A stretch of DNA of 64,000 bases. It comes from an uncultured Thermoplasmata archaeon. Its GTDB lineage: Archaea > Thermoplasmatota > Thermoplasmata > RBG-16-68-12. A model generated the notes under the pieces. That model made no database searches. It was not told where the DNA came from and was given only the letters and a program-made list of their open reading frames with translations. The stretch's first letter is position 1, and every line of letters begins with the position of its first letter. The position numbers were made by a program, and so were the translations under genes. This document shows, one piece after another, positions 1 through 9,019 of the stretch. The stretch lies in assembly GCA_963768855.1 (NCBI GenBank), contig CAVYJM010000006.1:128001-192000 (forward strand). Reading direction: 5' to 3'.

Positions 1-77
1 AAAATGGAAACCAAAGTGAGGCCACCGGTCTTTACGCCCAGTGGCAGGCTCTTAAAGTATTTTAAGAGTTTTCGAGT

Positions 78-167
78 GGAGAGGTGCTAGAGTGGTTGAA
101 TAGGCCGGTCTCGAAAACCGGAATACGGGTAACCGTATCGAGGGTTCGAATCCCTCCCTCTCCGCCA
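78..167 (+). tRNA. tRNA-Ser(CGA)
   Basis: GGAGAGG...CCTCTCCGCCA acceptor stem with encoded CCA; anticodon arm CCGGT-CTCGAAA-ACCGG; long variable arm ATACGG-GTAA-CCGTAT; T-loop GTTCGAATC. Confidence 0.97.
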
Positions 168-1305
168 TCCCCTGTTTTTCTCCCTTGAAATAACAGGGGC
201 TTGGCTGGAACTTTGGCTAACAATTTCGCACCTGTTAGCCAATTCTGAATCGCGCTTTTCCAATTCCGCACCCGCTTTTTGCGCCGTTTGCAGCGCGGCC
301 ATGGCGCTGTCCGCGAGCTTGGCGCGGTTCGCGGCCTTGGTGTAGCGTTCCACTTCCTTCAGCGTCTCGTGGCCGCTGACCGACATGATTTCGTGCGCCG
401 AGCAACCGGCTTCGGCCAGACGGCGGCAGCAGGCTTTGCGCAGGCCATGCGGCGAGCGTCCCTTGGGAACACCGGCCTTGCGCGCCTTATCGGTGAACCA
501 GTTGTAGAATCCGGTTTCGGTGAAGGCTTCGCCGAACTGCGTTTCGAGAAAGACGGTTTGCTTTGCAAGCGACGGCATCGCCGCAATTGCGGCTTCGAGC
601 TGCGGCAGAAGCGGAATGTCGATTTCGGCCCCGGTCTTTCTTCTGGCGGTATACCAGCCGCCCGCCGACGATGTGCCCCGGCCCCAGCCGGACGGCATCG
701 CTGCGGCGCGGGGCGGCGCAAAGCAGCAGCTCAAAGGCCAGACGCTCGCGCGTGCCTATGGCGTAGCAATCGGTGAACAGCTTGATTTCGGCGTCCGGCC
801 AATCCTTGAAGCCCTTCACCTTGTAGCGGATCGGCTCAACCTCGGTCATCGGGTTGACCCGGATCATTTTGCGCTTCTTGGCGAGCTTCAAGATCGCGCG
901 CAGCATGCGCCGCAGATTGTTCGCCGCCGCAGGCGTCGCCGCCTTCTTGTCGAGAATGGCGGTGATGTGCTGCTCTTCGAGCCGCGCCACGGGATGATCG
1001 CCGTAATCGGCGCGGAAGCGCTCCAGAATGCCGCGATAGGTTTGCCGCGTGGCATCGGAAAGCTGGATGAAGGCGGCGGTCTGGTAATAGATGGTGATGA
1101 GGTCGGAAACGCTGCCGGGCTTGATCCGGCTTTTGCCCAGCTCGATTTTCTGCCCGGCCATGGCCGCCTCATAGGCCGCCATGAAGTCCGGCGACCAGGG
1201 CAGGCCCGGCAACGGCACCTGTTTGTGCCCTGCCCGTCTCAGATACCAGCGCGGCTTGCCCCGGCAGTCGATATAGCCGTGGCAGTATTTTGGAGGCTGA
1301 CGCAT
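87..1305 (-). CDS. Tyrosine recombinase/integrase, split by a +1 indel at ~637-639
   Basis: [10 protein letters not shown] (Arg), HGLRK (HxxR), SGH, ERYT (Tyr); ORFs 487-1326 and 87-734 join at RQKK|TGAEIDIP; ATG overlaps the Xis stop (TAATG at 1303-1307). Confidence 0.93.
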
Positions 1306-1580
1306 TAGCTGAGTACGCCGTCCCACGGATTTGCCCCTTCGTCCGGTTCGCTCACTTCACCCGCCAGAGCCAATGCCCCGGCTTCCTCTTTCATGCGGTC
1401 CCAATCGCCCGCGAGCGCGACCGCATCGAACAGCACCACGTTTTTGCGGACATGGTATGGCCTGTGCACTTTTCCTTCGACTACCCACTGGCGCAGCTGG
1501 CTTTCGCTGACGCCCAGCATGGCCGCCGCCTGAGCAGCGCGCAGCGCCAGTGGATAAAACGCGTCGCGAATTCGAGACAT
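1305..1580 (-). CDS. Excisionase/recombination directionality factor (AlpA/MerR-like HTH)
   Basis: LALRAAQAAAMLGVSESQLRQWV HTH; translationally coupled to the integrase. Confidence 0.8.
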   Translation of the reverse strand: MSRIRDAFYPLALRAAQAAAMLGVSESQLRQWVVEGKVHRPYHVRKNVVLFDAVALAGDWDRMKEEAGALALAGEVSEPDEGANPWDGVLS

Positions 1581-1880
1581 GACGCCTCACCCGCACTTGC
1601 CGGACATGCTCCGGTGCGAAACCGCTCTTTCGATCCTGCTTGCTGTATGATGTTGCGCGGTCCCTGCCCCGCGCCGTTTCGATCACGGCGCTTCGCGCCT
1701 TCGACCGATCATAGGTTTTCAGAAAAATTTGCCCCTAGCGTATAGTGCTTTAGTATAAAGTTTAGGGTCTAGAGTTGATGCAAAGGCAGATCATCAACGC
1801 TTGGTAGAACGCCTGGCAAGAGACGATGCACCGCAACAGCAGGCTATAGCGGGCGACGCCGTCCGTTTGCCTGCGACTGT

Positions 1881-2351
1881 TTATGCTAACGATAGCGCCG
1901 CGCGTTGAATGATTGCTTTAATGGCGATTTCGTAGTTTTCCCGTTCGGCTGGTGGGCGACGCAATATGTATGAGGGATGGCCGATAAAGTAGATAGAATG
2001 CCGTGTGTTTGAGGTGGCCGTCCTCATAGATTGTTTGACGATTTCAAAAGCCTTCCGGACATCCGAGCTTAACGCAATGACAACATCGGCTTCGCGCCAA
2101 ATCCTGTGACTGCGGAGGGGGGCCACGAGCTGATTGGGCTTGGGATTACATTCCTGCCCGCTCGCGCCAAAAAATCCAGTCTCCAAGATGTTGTCGTATT
2201 CCACGCAAATGTTTTGCGGTGCCGCGTTTCCGACAATGCTTCTCAGGTATTTCCCGGAACGGGATCGTACTGAGAATGGCGGATGCAAGGTGCCGCTTGC
2301 GCGGTCAACCTTGCGGCAAGGGCCAAGAAACACAATCACTTTCGAGGTCAT
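1881..2351 (-). CDS. Uracil-DNA-glycosylase-superfamily protein (minimal, no Fe-S cysteine cluster)
   Basis: IVFLGP (motif A region), PFSVRSRSGKYL, VVIALS, IGHPSYILR (motif B); ATGA overlap with the radical SAM stop. Confidence 0.72.
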   Translation of the reverse strand: MTSKVIVFLGPCRKVDRASGTLHPPFSVRSRSGKYLRSIVGNAAPQNICVEYDNILETGFFGASGQECNPKPNQLVAPLRSHRIWREADVVIALSSDVRKAFEIVKQSMRTATSNTRHSIYFIGHPSYILRRPPAERENYEIAIKAIIQRAALSLA

Positions 2352-3727
2352 CGGGGACGTAGCTCGTTTTGTGTTTGCATGATGCGGACCACGGCCTGTT
2401 TTATTTCAGGCACGGGCACTTCGCCGAACTGGAGTCCCGTGGAGAAACTGAATTCGTCGCGGTCGGCCGGTGCCTGGCTTTCGGATTCCTGAGTGTAGTT
2501 AAGCAGCTTATCTTGCGCGAATCCGGCGGCGCGAAGGCGATTCCAATCGGTTGTGCCGGGATAGGGCCTGTAGGCAAAAATGCTGCACCGGAAGGCTCCG
2601 GGCATGGCTTCGGTTGTCTTCCACAAGCGTTTGATGAAAGCCTCGGTTTGCGCCTGCTCGTCACGGGTTTCTGTTGGCATGCCAAGGATGAAAAATCCTT
2701 TCACATCGACCGCCGGCGCGGCAAAGCTTGAGCACGGCGGCTTCGGCCTGGTGGCCGTGATGTTTTTGCCGATATGTCTCAGGAGCCTGTCGCTTCCAGA
2801 TTCGATACCCAAAGCAATTTCGTGAGCGCCGCTTTCGCGCATGCCGTCAATGAGGCTGTTCGGGGCATTGGCGATGATGTTGGCCCGGCCGTTGGCATCC
2901 CATAGGAGCTGTGTGCGCGCTTCGGCGAAGGCATCGAAGATGCCGCGCATGATCTTCTGACTTGCAAGAAACAGGTCATCGACGAAACGAACCCGGCGAA
3001 CGCCGAGGCCGTCCCTGAGCTGGCGCATTTCGTCAATGATGTTGCTGGCGGAACGCATACGGATTTTTCCGGTTGCGCTGGCGGCGGCTCCGCAAAACGA
3101 GCATTTGAATGGGCACCCGCGCGAAGCAACCATTGCAGATTCCACGATACCTGCATCGACGTAAGGGTCTTGAACAAGAAATTTCCGGTTCACGAAGGGC
3201 AAGGCGTTGATGTCGGGCACCAGCCAGTAGTCGTCACCTGACCCGCTTTTTGCCGTACCGTCCTGCTCACGCCAATAGACGTGGGGTAAGCTTTTTCGTG
3301 CCGATGTATCTTCCAGAAGCCGGACTACACGCGTTTCAGCTTCGCCAAGCACGAGGGCGTCGATTCGCGGTATGGCTTCGTCCTGAAGAACTTCGCCCGG
3401 CATCGCTTGGGCGTGATGGCCGCCCAGCATGATTTTTATGTCTGGGGAGAGGCCCTGCAAGATCGCAGTACTGATCTTGTATGTCGGGGATAGGAGATTG
3501 AGGCCCACCCATTTTGGGTTGAGATCATTGGCAATCTTTATAACCTGTGTAATGCTTAGTGCCCGTGCCTCGGCGTCTAGCACGTCTACGGAAAAGCCAC
3601 TGCGCTCTGCGTTGGTTGCGATATAGGCCAGTCCAAGAGTAGGCAAAGTGAAGTCATTTATGCGCGTGGATACCCCATAATCTTTCAATGGTGAGTTTAT
3701 AAGCAGCAGGTCAACATGGGACGGCAT
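2348..3727 (-). CDS. Cobalamin-binding-domain radical SAM protein (class B-like)
   Basis: N-terminal PTLGLAYIA...VDVLD...IMLGGHHA B12-binding region; SRGCPFKCSFC (CxxxCxxC); FVDDLF; GIESGS; FILGMPTET; likely start MPSHVD at 3727 (ORF track starts 3751). Confidence 0.92.
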   Translation of the reverse strand: MPSHVDLLLINSPLKDYGVSTRINDFTLPTLGLAYIATNAERSGFSVDVLDAEARALSITQVIKIANDLNPKWVGLNLLSPTYKISTAILQGLSPDIKIMLGGHHAQAMPGEVLQDEAIPRIDALVLGEAETRVVRLLEDTSARKSLPHVYWREQDGTAKSGSGDDYWLVPDINALPFVNRKFLVQDPYVDAGIVESAMVASRGCPFKCSFCGAAASATGKIRMRSASNIIDEMRQLRDGLGVRRVRFVDDLFLASQKIMRGIFDAFAEARTQLLWDANGRANIIANAPNSLIDGMRESGAHEIALGIESGSDRLLRHIGKNITATRPKPPCSSFAAPAVDVKGFFILGMPTETRDEQAQTEAFIKRLWKTTEAMPGAFRCSIFAYRPYPGTTDWNRLRAAGFAQDKLLNYTQESESQAPADRDEFSFSTGLQFGEVPVPEIKQAVVRIMQTQNELRPR

Positions 3728-4064
3728 AATTTTAGCGCATGCAAAATGCATTGGAAACAGTATTTATAATAACGGCAAGCTTATAGCATGCCCATATCGA
3801 AATAATATTGCAAATTGGATGGGCGGTTTGTTATATTGAGAAGTCTACCTAATAGGCTGTCGTGTTATCCGACGAGATTGGTCCCCGTTTCGTGGGCACA
3901 AAGAGCCAGACGCCCTTGTCAAGCCAGGCGTATGAGGCCGAGAAGCAGGTAACGTGCTATCCAGGCCTTCCCAACAGTCTCCATCGCAAGCAAGTAATTG
4001 CGCCCTGGCAAAAATGCGTTCTGAACGGTATTATAGAAACGTAACCGGCCGGACCTAAAATCGC

Positions 4065-4298
4065 ATGCTAAAAACCTCTAGGGCTCTGAGCCCGCTTCAC
4101 TCCAAAGACCCAGCCGCCGCAGCCTGGAGAGCGGCACAAGCCCACGTCGATGCGGATATCGAAGGCCTGTCGCGCGATCCTGACGCTGACAGAATGGTGA
4201 GCGATATGCGCGCCCAAGGCATCGAACCCAGGGACCGTATCAAAGCCCTCATCAGCCACTTCAAGGCTCGTAGCACCCACACACCGGCGGAGCCGTGA
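4065..4298 (+). CDS. Probable FicA/VbhA-type antitoxin
   Basis: 77 aa; ADIEG resembles the xxxE(G/N) inhibitory motif; GTGA overlap with the Fic gene. Confidence 0.65.
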   Translation: MLKTSRALSPLHSKDPAAAAWRAAQAHVDADIEGLSRDPDADRMVSDMRAQGIEPRDRIKALISHFKARSTHTPAEP

Positions 4299-4910
4299 GT
4301 TATCTCCGCACAGCCAATGAACGCGCCGCTTACCGGCGCATTTTTTATCCGGGCACGGAAACCTACGTTAACAAGCTTGGCATACGCGACCGGGAACTCC
4401 TTGAGCGAACCGAGCGCGCCCTCACGGCAAACCGTGCCGAAGAAGGTTTTCCGCCGAAAGCCAATCATAGGACCTACACCGGTTTTAAAGCCATTCACCG
4501 CCACTTGTTTCAGGATCTTTACGTCTGGGCCGGAAAGGAGCGCCGTTACACAACAGGGCGTGGAGCGACACCCTTTGCAGTGCCAGAATACATCACCTCA
4601 TGGATGCAAGAACCAATTCGCTGAATTGAAACGCGACCGTTACTTGGTTGGCCGTTCCAAACGCGAATTTGCAACGTGCGCGGCGAAGTATGTCAATGAG
4701 ATCAACGCCGCGCATCCTTTCGTTGATGGTAACGGACGGACGCAACGGTTCTGGCTGCGCATGCTTGCGGTGAACGCGGGTTTTGAGCTTACCCTTGGGA
4801 CCGGCGATGCGAAGCGTTGGAACGAAGCTTCCCGCCTCGGTTTTGAAAAAGGCGATCACACGGCGATGGCACGCTTGCTTGAAAGGCGGCTGACGTTGCA
4901 GCCAGCGTAA
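4295..4910 (+). CDS. Fic-domain toxin (FicT/VbhT-like), frameshift at ~4606
   Basis: YPGTETYVNKLGIRD, IHRHLFQDLYVWAG, HPFVDGNGRTQR canonical Fic motif, across two ORFs. Confidence 0.9.
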
Positions 4911-4952
4911 GCTCGCGCCGCAATGATCGGGCGCAGCAGGGCCGTTTGCGCA

Positions 4953-5993
4953 TTACGGTGCGGGTTTTCCCTTCGTGTAGCTCTTCACCCACCCGAGAAA
5001 GCGCGCGTCCTCGTTGCGCGCCGCTTCCTTGTCCTTGGCCCAAGCGGTGTAGATGTTTTCGAGCATGTATTTGTCCCAGCCGGGCGCGACGCTGTAGAGC
5101 TGCTCAATTGCTTGCGACGAAACCATGATCCGGCGTTCGCCGCTCTCAGCGGAAGCCTTCGGCACAGCAGCAAGCTTCGTATCCGCTTCCGCCCGTCGCC
5201 AAAACACCACCTGCTCCTCTTCGAGCGTCATGGTGTAATCGGGAAGATGGTTCGATTTCACAGTGTGGCGCACATGGCGGAGAAAGAAGCGGCGCTCCAT
5301 GCGCGATCCGCATTTCTTTTGCAGCTTGTCCAGGCCGATGCGCCATTTACTGCTGCTGCCGCAATGCTTCCGCGCCAGCTCATACAGACGCCGGTCGAGC
5401 GGCCTCCTCAGCCGGAAATAATCCCGGCTAATCGGCACAACCTCGGCGCTTTCGATGGCCCTAAAAATCCAGTCGCAAAGCGTGATCTCCAGATAACGCA
5501 ACCGGTCGGCATGCATGCTTCCCTTGCGGTTATATTCGTAGGAACTGATGAGCGAGAAGCCTTTGACGGTTTTTTCATCGCCGGTTTCAATCGTGGTTTG
5601 AATAACCGTTCCCGCTAGACGCTGCAATGCAGCTTCAAGGCGCTTGTAGCCATTGTCATTGGTTTGCTTGTTGGTCTGAACCAAGAGATCGTGCGTCGTC
5701 AACCGCACCGTCGACCCGATTTTCTGCCCGGCATTCCGCATCGCCATCAGTTTTGAAATGCAATAGATCAAGACATCCTTGTCATAGACCGTCGGCAGTC
5801 CGCGCGCGCCCGGTATAATCTCGATTTTTTGATCGTCATGCGCATAGGACAGTTCCCGCAAGTCGGGCCTGGAGGATAGCGAATAAATCGGATGCTCCAT
5901 CGACGCCATGTCCGAGCGCGGGACCACATCCATAACATCGAGAACGAAAAAGTCGCGAACGGGGTGGCGATCAGGAAGAAGCGGCGAGGGCAT
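4953..5993 (-). CDS. repA: Plasmid replication initiator RepA (RPA family)
   Basis: DMASMEHPIYSLS, GLPTVYDKDVLIY, YFRLRRPLDRRLYELARKHCG; adjacent iterons. Confidence 0.92.
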   Translation of the reverse strand: MPSPLLPDRHPVRDFFVLDVMDVVPRSDMASMEHPIYSLSSRPDLRELSYAHDDQKIEIIPGARGLPTVYDKDVLIYCISKLMAMRNAGQKIGSTVRLTTHDLLVQTNKQTNDNGYKRLEAALQRLAGTVIQTTIETGDEKTVKGFSLISSYEYNRKGSMHADRLRYLEITLCDWIFRAIESAEVVPISRDYFRLRRPLDRRLYELARKHCGSSSKWRIGLDKLQKKCGSRMERRFFLRHVRHTVKSNHLPDYTMTLEEEQVVFWRRAEADTKLAAVPKASAESGERRIMVSSQAIEQLYSVAPGWDKYMLENIYTAWAKDKEAARNEDARFLGWVKSYTKGKPAP

Positions 5994-6032
5994 AAGTCGA
6001 GGCTAACAATCTAGTTTGAGCTGAGCAAGTGA

Positions 6033-6136
6033 TTTGCCCCTTCACTCACGCTTTCGCCCCTTCAATCACAAATCTTCGCCCCTTTGGTCACAAGACTTCG
6101 CCCCTTCGATCACAAATATTCGCCTCTTTACTCACA
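6033..6136. repeat. Five iterons (18 bp, consensus TTCGCCCCTTYRNTCACA) forming the putative origin
   Basis: Copies start at 6033, 6053, 6075, 6097 and 6119 (20 then 22 bp period); next to repA and followed by an AT-rich tract ~6137-6250. Confidence 0.88.
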
Positions 6137-6296
6137 GTGGCATCTTGCATCAATATGATTTAGAACGATTATTCTACTTATACACAGCCCGTAACTATCT
6201 GGAATCTGATGTTAACTTATTTAACTCACTGGGATTTTGAATTTGGAAAAGAAAGAAGGGGCAAACGGATGCAGCCCCCCTTGCCCCAGATGCCCT

Positions 6297-6924
6297 TCAT
6301 TCCACGAGAGAGAGTTCTGGCAAACAGTGCGCATCATAATAATCGGAGACTGTTTCGAAAGCCCGCCGCGCCGTTTGCCGTACTGCCGTCGAAGGAGCTG
6401 CCAGCTCACCGGTCAGCAAATCGGAAATCGAATTTACAAAGGGGATGGCTGGCAGGAGGATTTGCTCCGGAAAGGCGCGCGTGAGACCATCGATCAAATA
6501 CAGGGCGGCTTGTGCGGCAAAGGCATTGGTAGGCCAGGCGCTCGGCCAAGCGAGTGCCTTTGGCATTGCCGCCAAAGATTGCCGCGGCGGTATCGATGTC
6601 TTCTTCAGAGGCCCGAAAAGGCAGGATCGTGAGCCCAACGTGCTTAGAGACTTCGATGTCGAACTCGGGCCGGTTGCCCCCGCCGTCGATGACAAGCCAG
6701 CCGTTCAGGTTGCTGCGGCTAGAGTTCAAAATGAGCGCCAGCTGCTCCGGCAGACGGCCATCGAGCACCGCATAAGGCCGCCCCTGCCCGCGCACTTTGC
6801 GCTTGGGATCGGTTAAGGCGTATGCAGCGGGAACCCCAGACAAGTAAGCGCCGAGGCAAATCAAATGCGAGGAAGCCGTCTTGGTGGTCCCGCCCTTGTC
6901 GCCAAGGATGGCAATGGTTTTCAT
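6297..6924 (-). CDS. parA: ParA-family partition ATPase, frameshift at ~6586
   Basis: LGDKGGTTKTA deviant Walker A, WLVIDGGG Walker B; C-terminus in ORF 6297-6695. Confidence 0.82.
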
Positions 6925-7247
6925 GACGCCCCCGGACGGCCACGCTCCAGAACTTCGAGCATGATTTCCTGCGCCGAGACCACGCGCCGTTCGATCTTGG
7001 TGCGTTCGGCGGCTTCGAAGGTATAGTCATCCAAAAGGCTGCGATCCGGCCGCAAGGTGATTTGCACCGTGTCAGCGGCCTTCGCCTTGGCGGACCTTTT
7101 GACAGCCATAGGTTCGGCTTTCCCAGCCCGATCCGGTACAACGGGCTCTTGTTCCGGTTGCGGCAGGGGCAAGTGGAGTTTTCGCCGCACCGTCAGCGAA
7201 GCTGCCAGGGCAAGGGCGTCTCGGTTCGGCTTCACGGCGTTCCCCAT
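6921..7247 (-). CDS. Small partition partner protein (ParG/RHH-like)
   Basis: ATGA overlap with parA; low-complexity N-terminus then VQITLRPDRSLLDDY (beta-alpha); start MGNAVK at 7247. Confidence 0.55.
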   Translation of the reverse strand: MGNAVKPNRDALALAASLTVRRKLHLPLPQPEQEPVVPDRAGKAEPMAVKRSAKAKAADTVQITLRPDRSLLDDYTFEAAERTKIERRVVSAQEIMLEVLERGRPGAS

Positions 7248-7586
7248 TTTTCGAATGTTCAAATGTATAACTTTTTGATACTTAGAACTTAAGAGGTTAA
7301 AAACTGGTAAACACAAAGCTTTGCCGATTTATAACGTCATGCAAGCATGGTTGCAGCGAGTTTTAAATCTTTGAAACGGAAAAGCTGTAACTTTGCAAAA
7401 CTAATACGTTACACAATCGCAGTGCCGCAAAGGCTAGAATTATCGGTCCTCTAACGCTGTGATGCCGGGCAATTCCAACTTCGTGAAGTTACAACGCCAG
7501 CCGGATAATCCAAGGGTAGCCAGCGAACGGATTTGGCAGACTTTTTTTCTGGCCTCGAAGGGGACTTTTTGTGATAGAATTACTTT

Positions 7587-7949
7587 ATGAGCAATTTACT
7601 CGACCATGCCATTGATGCCGTTAAGCGGCTCCCCGAAGACCGGCAACATGTCGTCGCCGAGGCCATGCTGGCGCTCGCCGAAAATGAAGCGCCATCGCAG
7701 TTTACCTTAGAGCCTGCGGGAGAGGAGCCAACCGAGGAGCAAATCCTTGCACTCATACCGACGGTGATGCCTTCGGCCGTACCCAGCAAGGCCGAAGTTG
7801 CCGCATGGAATAGGCTTTCAGAAGACGAACAACTCCGCCGTTACCGGCAAGCCCTCAATCACCCCGATTGCGACCGCATCTCCCATCTAAGCATGGATGA
7901 CATTCTTGCGCTCGCGCGCCAGGACGCAGCGCAGGCCGGGCATGCCTAA
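7587..7949 (+). CDS. Antitoxin-like protein upstream of ParE
   Basis: MSNLLDHAIDAVKRLPEDRQ addiction-module-like N-terminus; C-terminal SMDDILALARQ ParD-like; overlaps the toxin start. Confidence 0.6.
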   Translation: MSNLLDHAIDAVKRLPEDRQHVVAEAMLALAENEAPSQFTLEPAGEEPTEEQILALIPTVMPSAVPSKAEVAAWNRLSEDEQLRRYRQALNHPDCDRISHLSMDDILALARQDAAQAGHA

Positions 7950-8238
7950 ATTCCGGCTGACGGACGCGGCAGCGGCCAAGCTTCGCGTCATTCTCCGCGA
8001 CTCCGAGCTGAAATTTGGGCGGCATCAAACGGACATCTACTACGCCGGTTTTATCAAAACCTTCGAGCTTCTTTGTCATTTTCCCGGCATAGCGCGCAGC
8101 GTCGACCATCTCCGTTCAGGCTACCGCCGGTACCGCTACGAGTCTCACATGATTTTTTTTACGGCCGAAAACGATGAGATTGTCATCCGCGATCTTTTTC
8201 ACACCGCTCAGAATATCACGAAGGACATGCTTGGATAG
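7942..8238 (+). CDS. parE: RelE/ParE-family toxin
   Basis: MPKFRLTDAAAAKLRVI...KFG...FPGIARSVDHLRSGYRRYRYESHMIFF. Confidence 0.85.
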   Translation: MPKFRLTDAAAAKLRVILRDSELKFGRHQTDIYYAGFIKTFELLCHFPGIARSVDHLRSGYRRYRYESHMIFFTAENDEIVIRDLFHTAQNITKDMLG

Positions 8239-8282
8239 GCTATCTATCGGCTAGCCCGAGGATATCCGGCTATGAGAGCGAA

Positions 8283-8311
8283 GGGCCAGCGACTTTCCAG
8301 AACGCTGGCCC
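8283..8311. terminator. GC-rich hairpin downstream of parE
   Basis: GGGCCAGCG-11nt-CGCTGGCCC perfect 9-bp stem; U-tract weak. Confidence 0.4.
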
Positions 8312-8956
8312 CCGTGATTTTCATCACCTTGCACGGTCATCGGGACTCCTCCCTGTACCGTGCGCCGAGTTTAGCAACGAATCTCCGCCTGCGTCCATAG
8401 GCCAGGGCGAAACTTAAACCACGTACCACGGATCAGCCCAGAAACTCCGCGCCGCAAAAAAATCTTCTCCTGCCAGCGCACATCATCTTGCCAAAAAATA
8501 CTCCACGGAGAGCGCGAGAGGTGTGAAACCTCTCGCATGGGGCGAGGCCCTCGGCCGAGCCCCCAAAATAACGGGTCGCGCGCTTTAGCGCGCGTCCACA
8601 TTGCCGCACTTCGCCATTAGTCCGCAGCTGTAACGATTGTTACCGGCGCTTGCCACAAGCATCGCTGACCCGGCGAAGCCGAGCCGTTTTTTTTGAGCCG
8701 GAATGCCGGCGGCTTCGCCGCCACAAGCAGGCGCGGCGAAGCCGCGTCGCGCAAATTTTTCGGGTTCATCCATTCCGGCTTTGCAACGGCAAAACGTGGG
8801 CCGAGCCGCCGCGCGAAAATTCCGACCGCATGCGCAACGGGACTGCCGCCGGGCATCGGGACCATGTCTGTGCTGATGTTCAGTCTAGACGACACTAAGC
8901 CGCTGTTCCGGTGTCGTAATCTTTACGGGTTGTTAGCAGAATCTGCCGTGGAAGAA

Positions 8957-8990
8957 GGAGGCGCACTTATGGGTTTTCGTTCCGAAAACC
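8957..8990 (-). promoter_or_regulatory. MOB-Q-type oriT
   Basis: Minus strand reads inverted repeat GGTTTTCG-GAA-CGAAAACC then CATAAGTGCGCC, matching the RSF1010-like TAAGTGCG^CC nick motif; 30 bp upstream of the relaxase start. Confidence 0.82.
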
Positions 8991-9019
8991 GCAGGCGCAT
9001 GGCGCGGGCACGGAACTTT

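Noticed and set aside
2348-3727. Radical SAM gene as a prokaryotic viperin or as the known HhH radical-SAM/UDG DNA-repair pair
   Set aside because: It has an N-terminal cobalamin-binding domain, which viperins lack, and no helix-hairpin-helix region is evident; the pairing appears distinct, though an HMM search is needed
6033-6136. Regularly spaced repeats as a CRISPR array
   Set aside because: Units are 18 bp with only 2-4 nt between them, sit beside repA, and no cas genes are present; these are iterons
8251-8340. 29-aa minus-strand ORF with a GGAGG SD as a type I toxin
   Set aside because: The peptide (MTVQGDENHGGQRSGKS…) is hydrophilic and overlaps a terminator-like hairpin; no supporting evidence
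8371-8895. MobC/accessory gene divergent from the relaxase
   Set aside because: Candidate ORFs run through GC hairpins and show no recognisable RHH or other motif; cannot be supported
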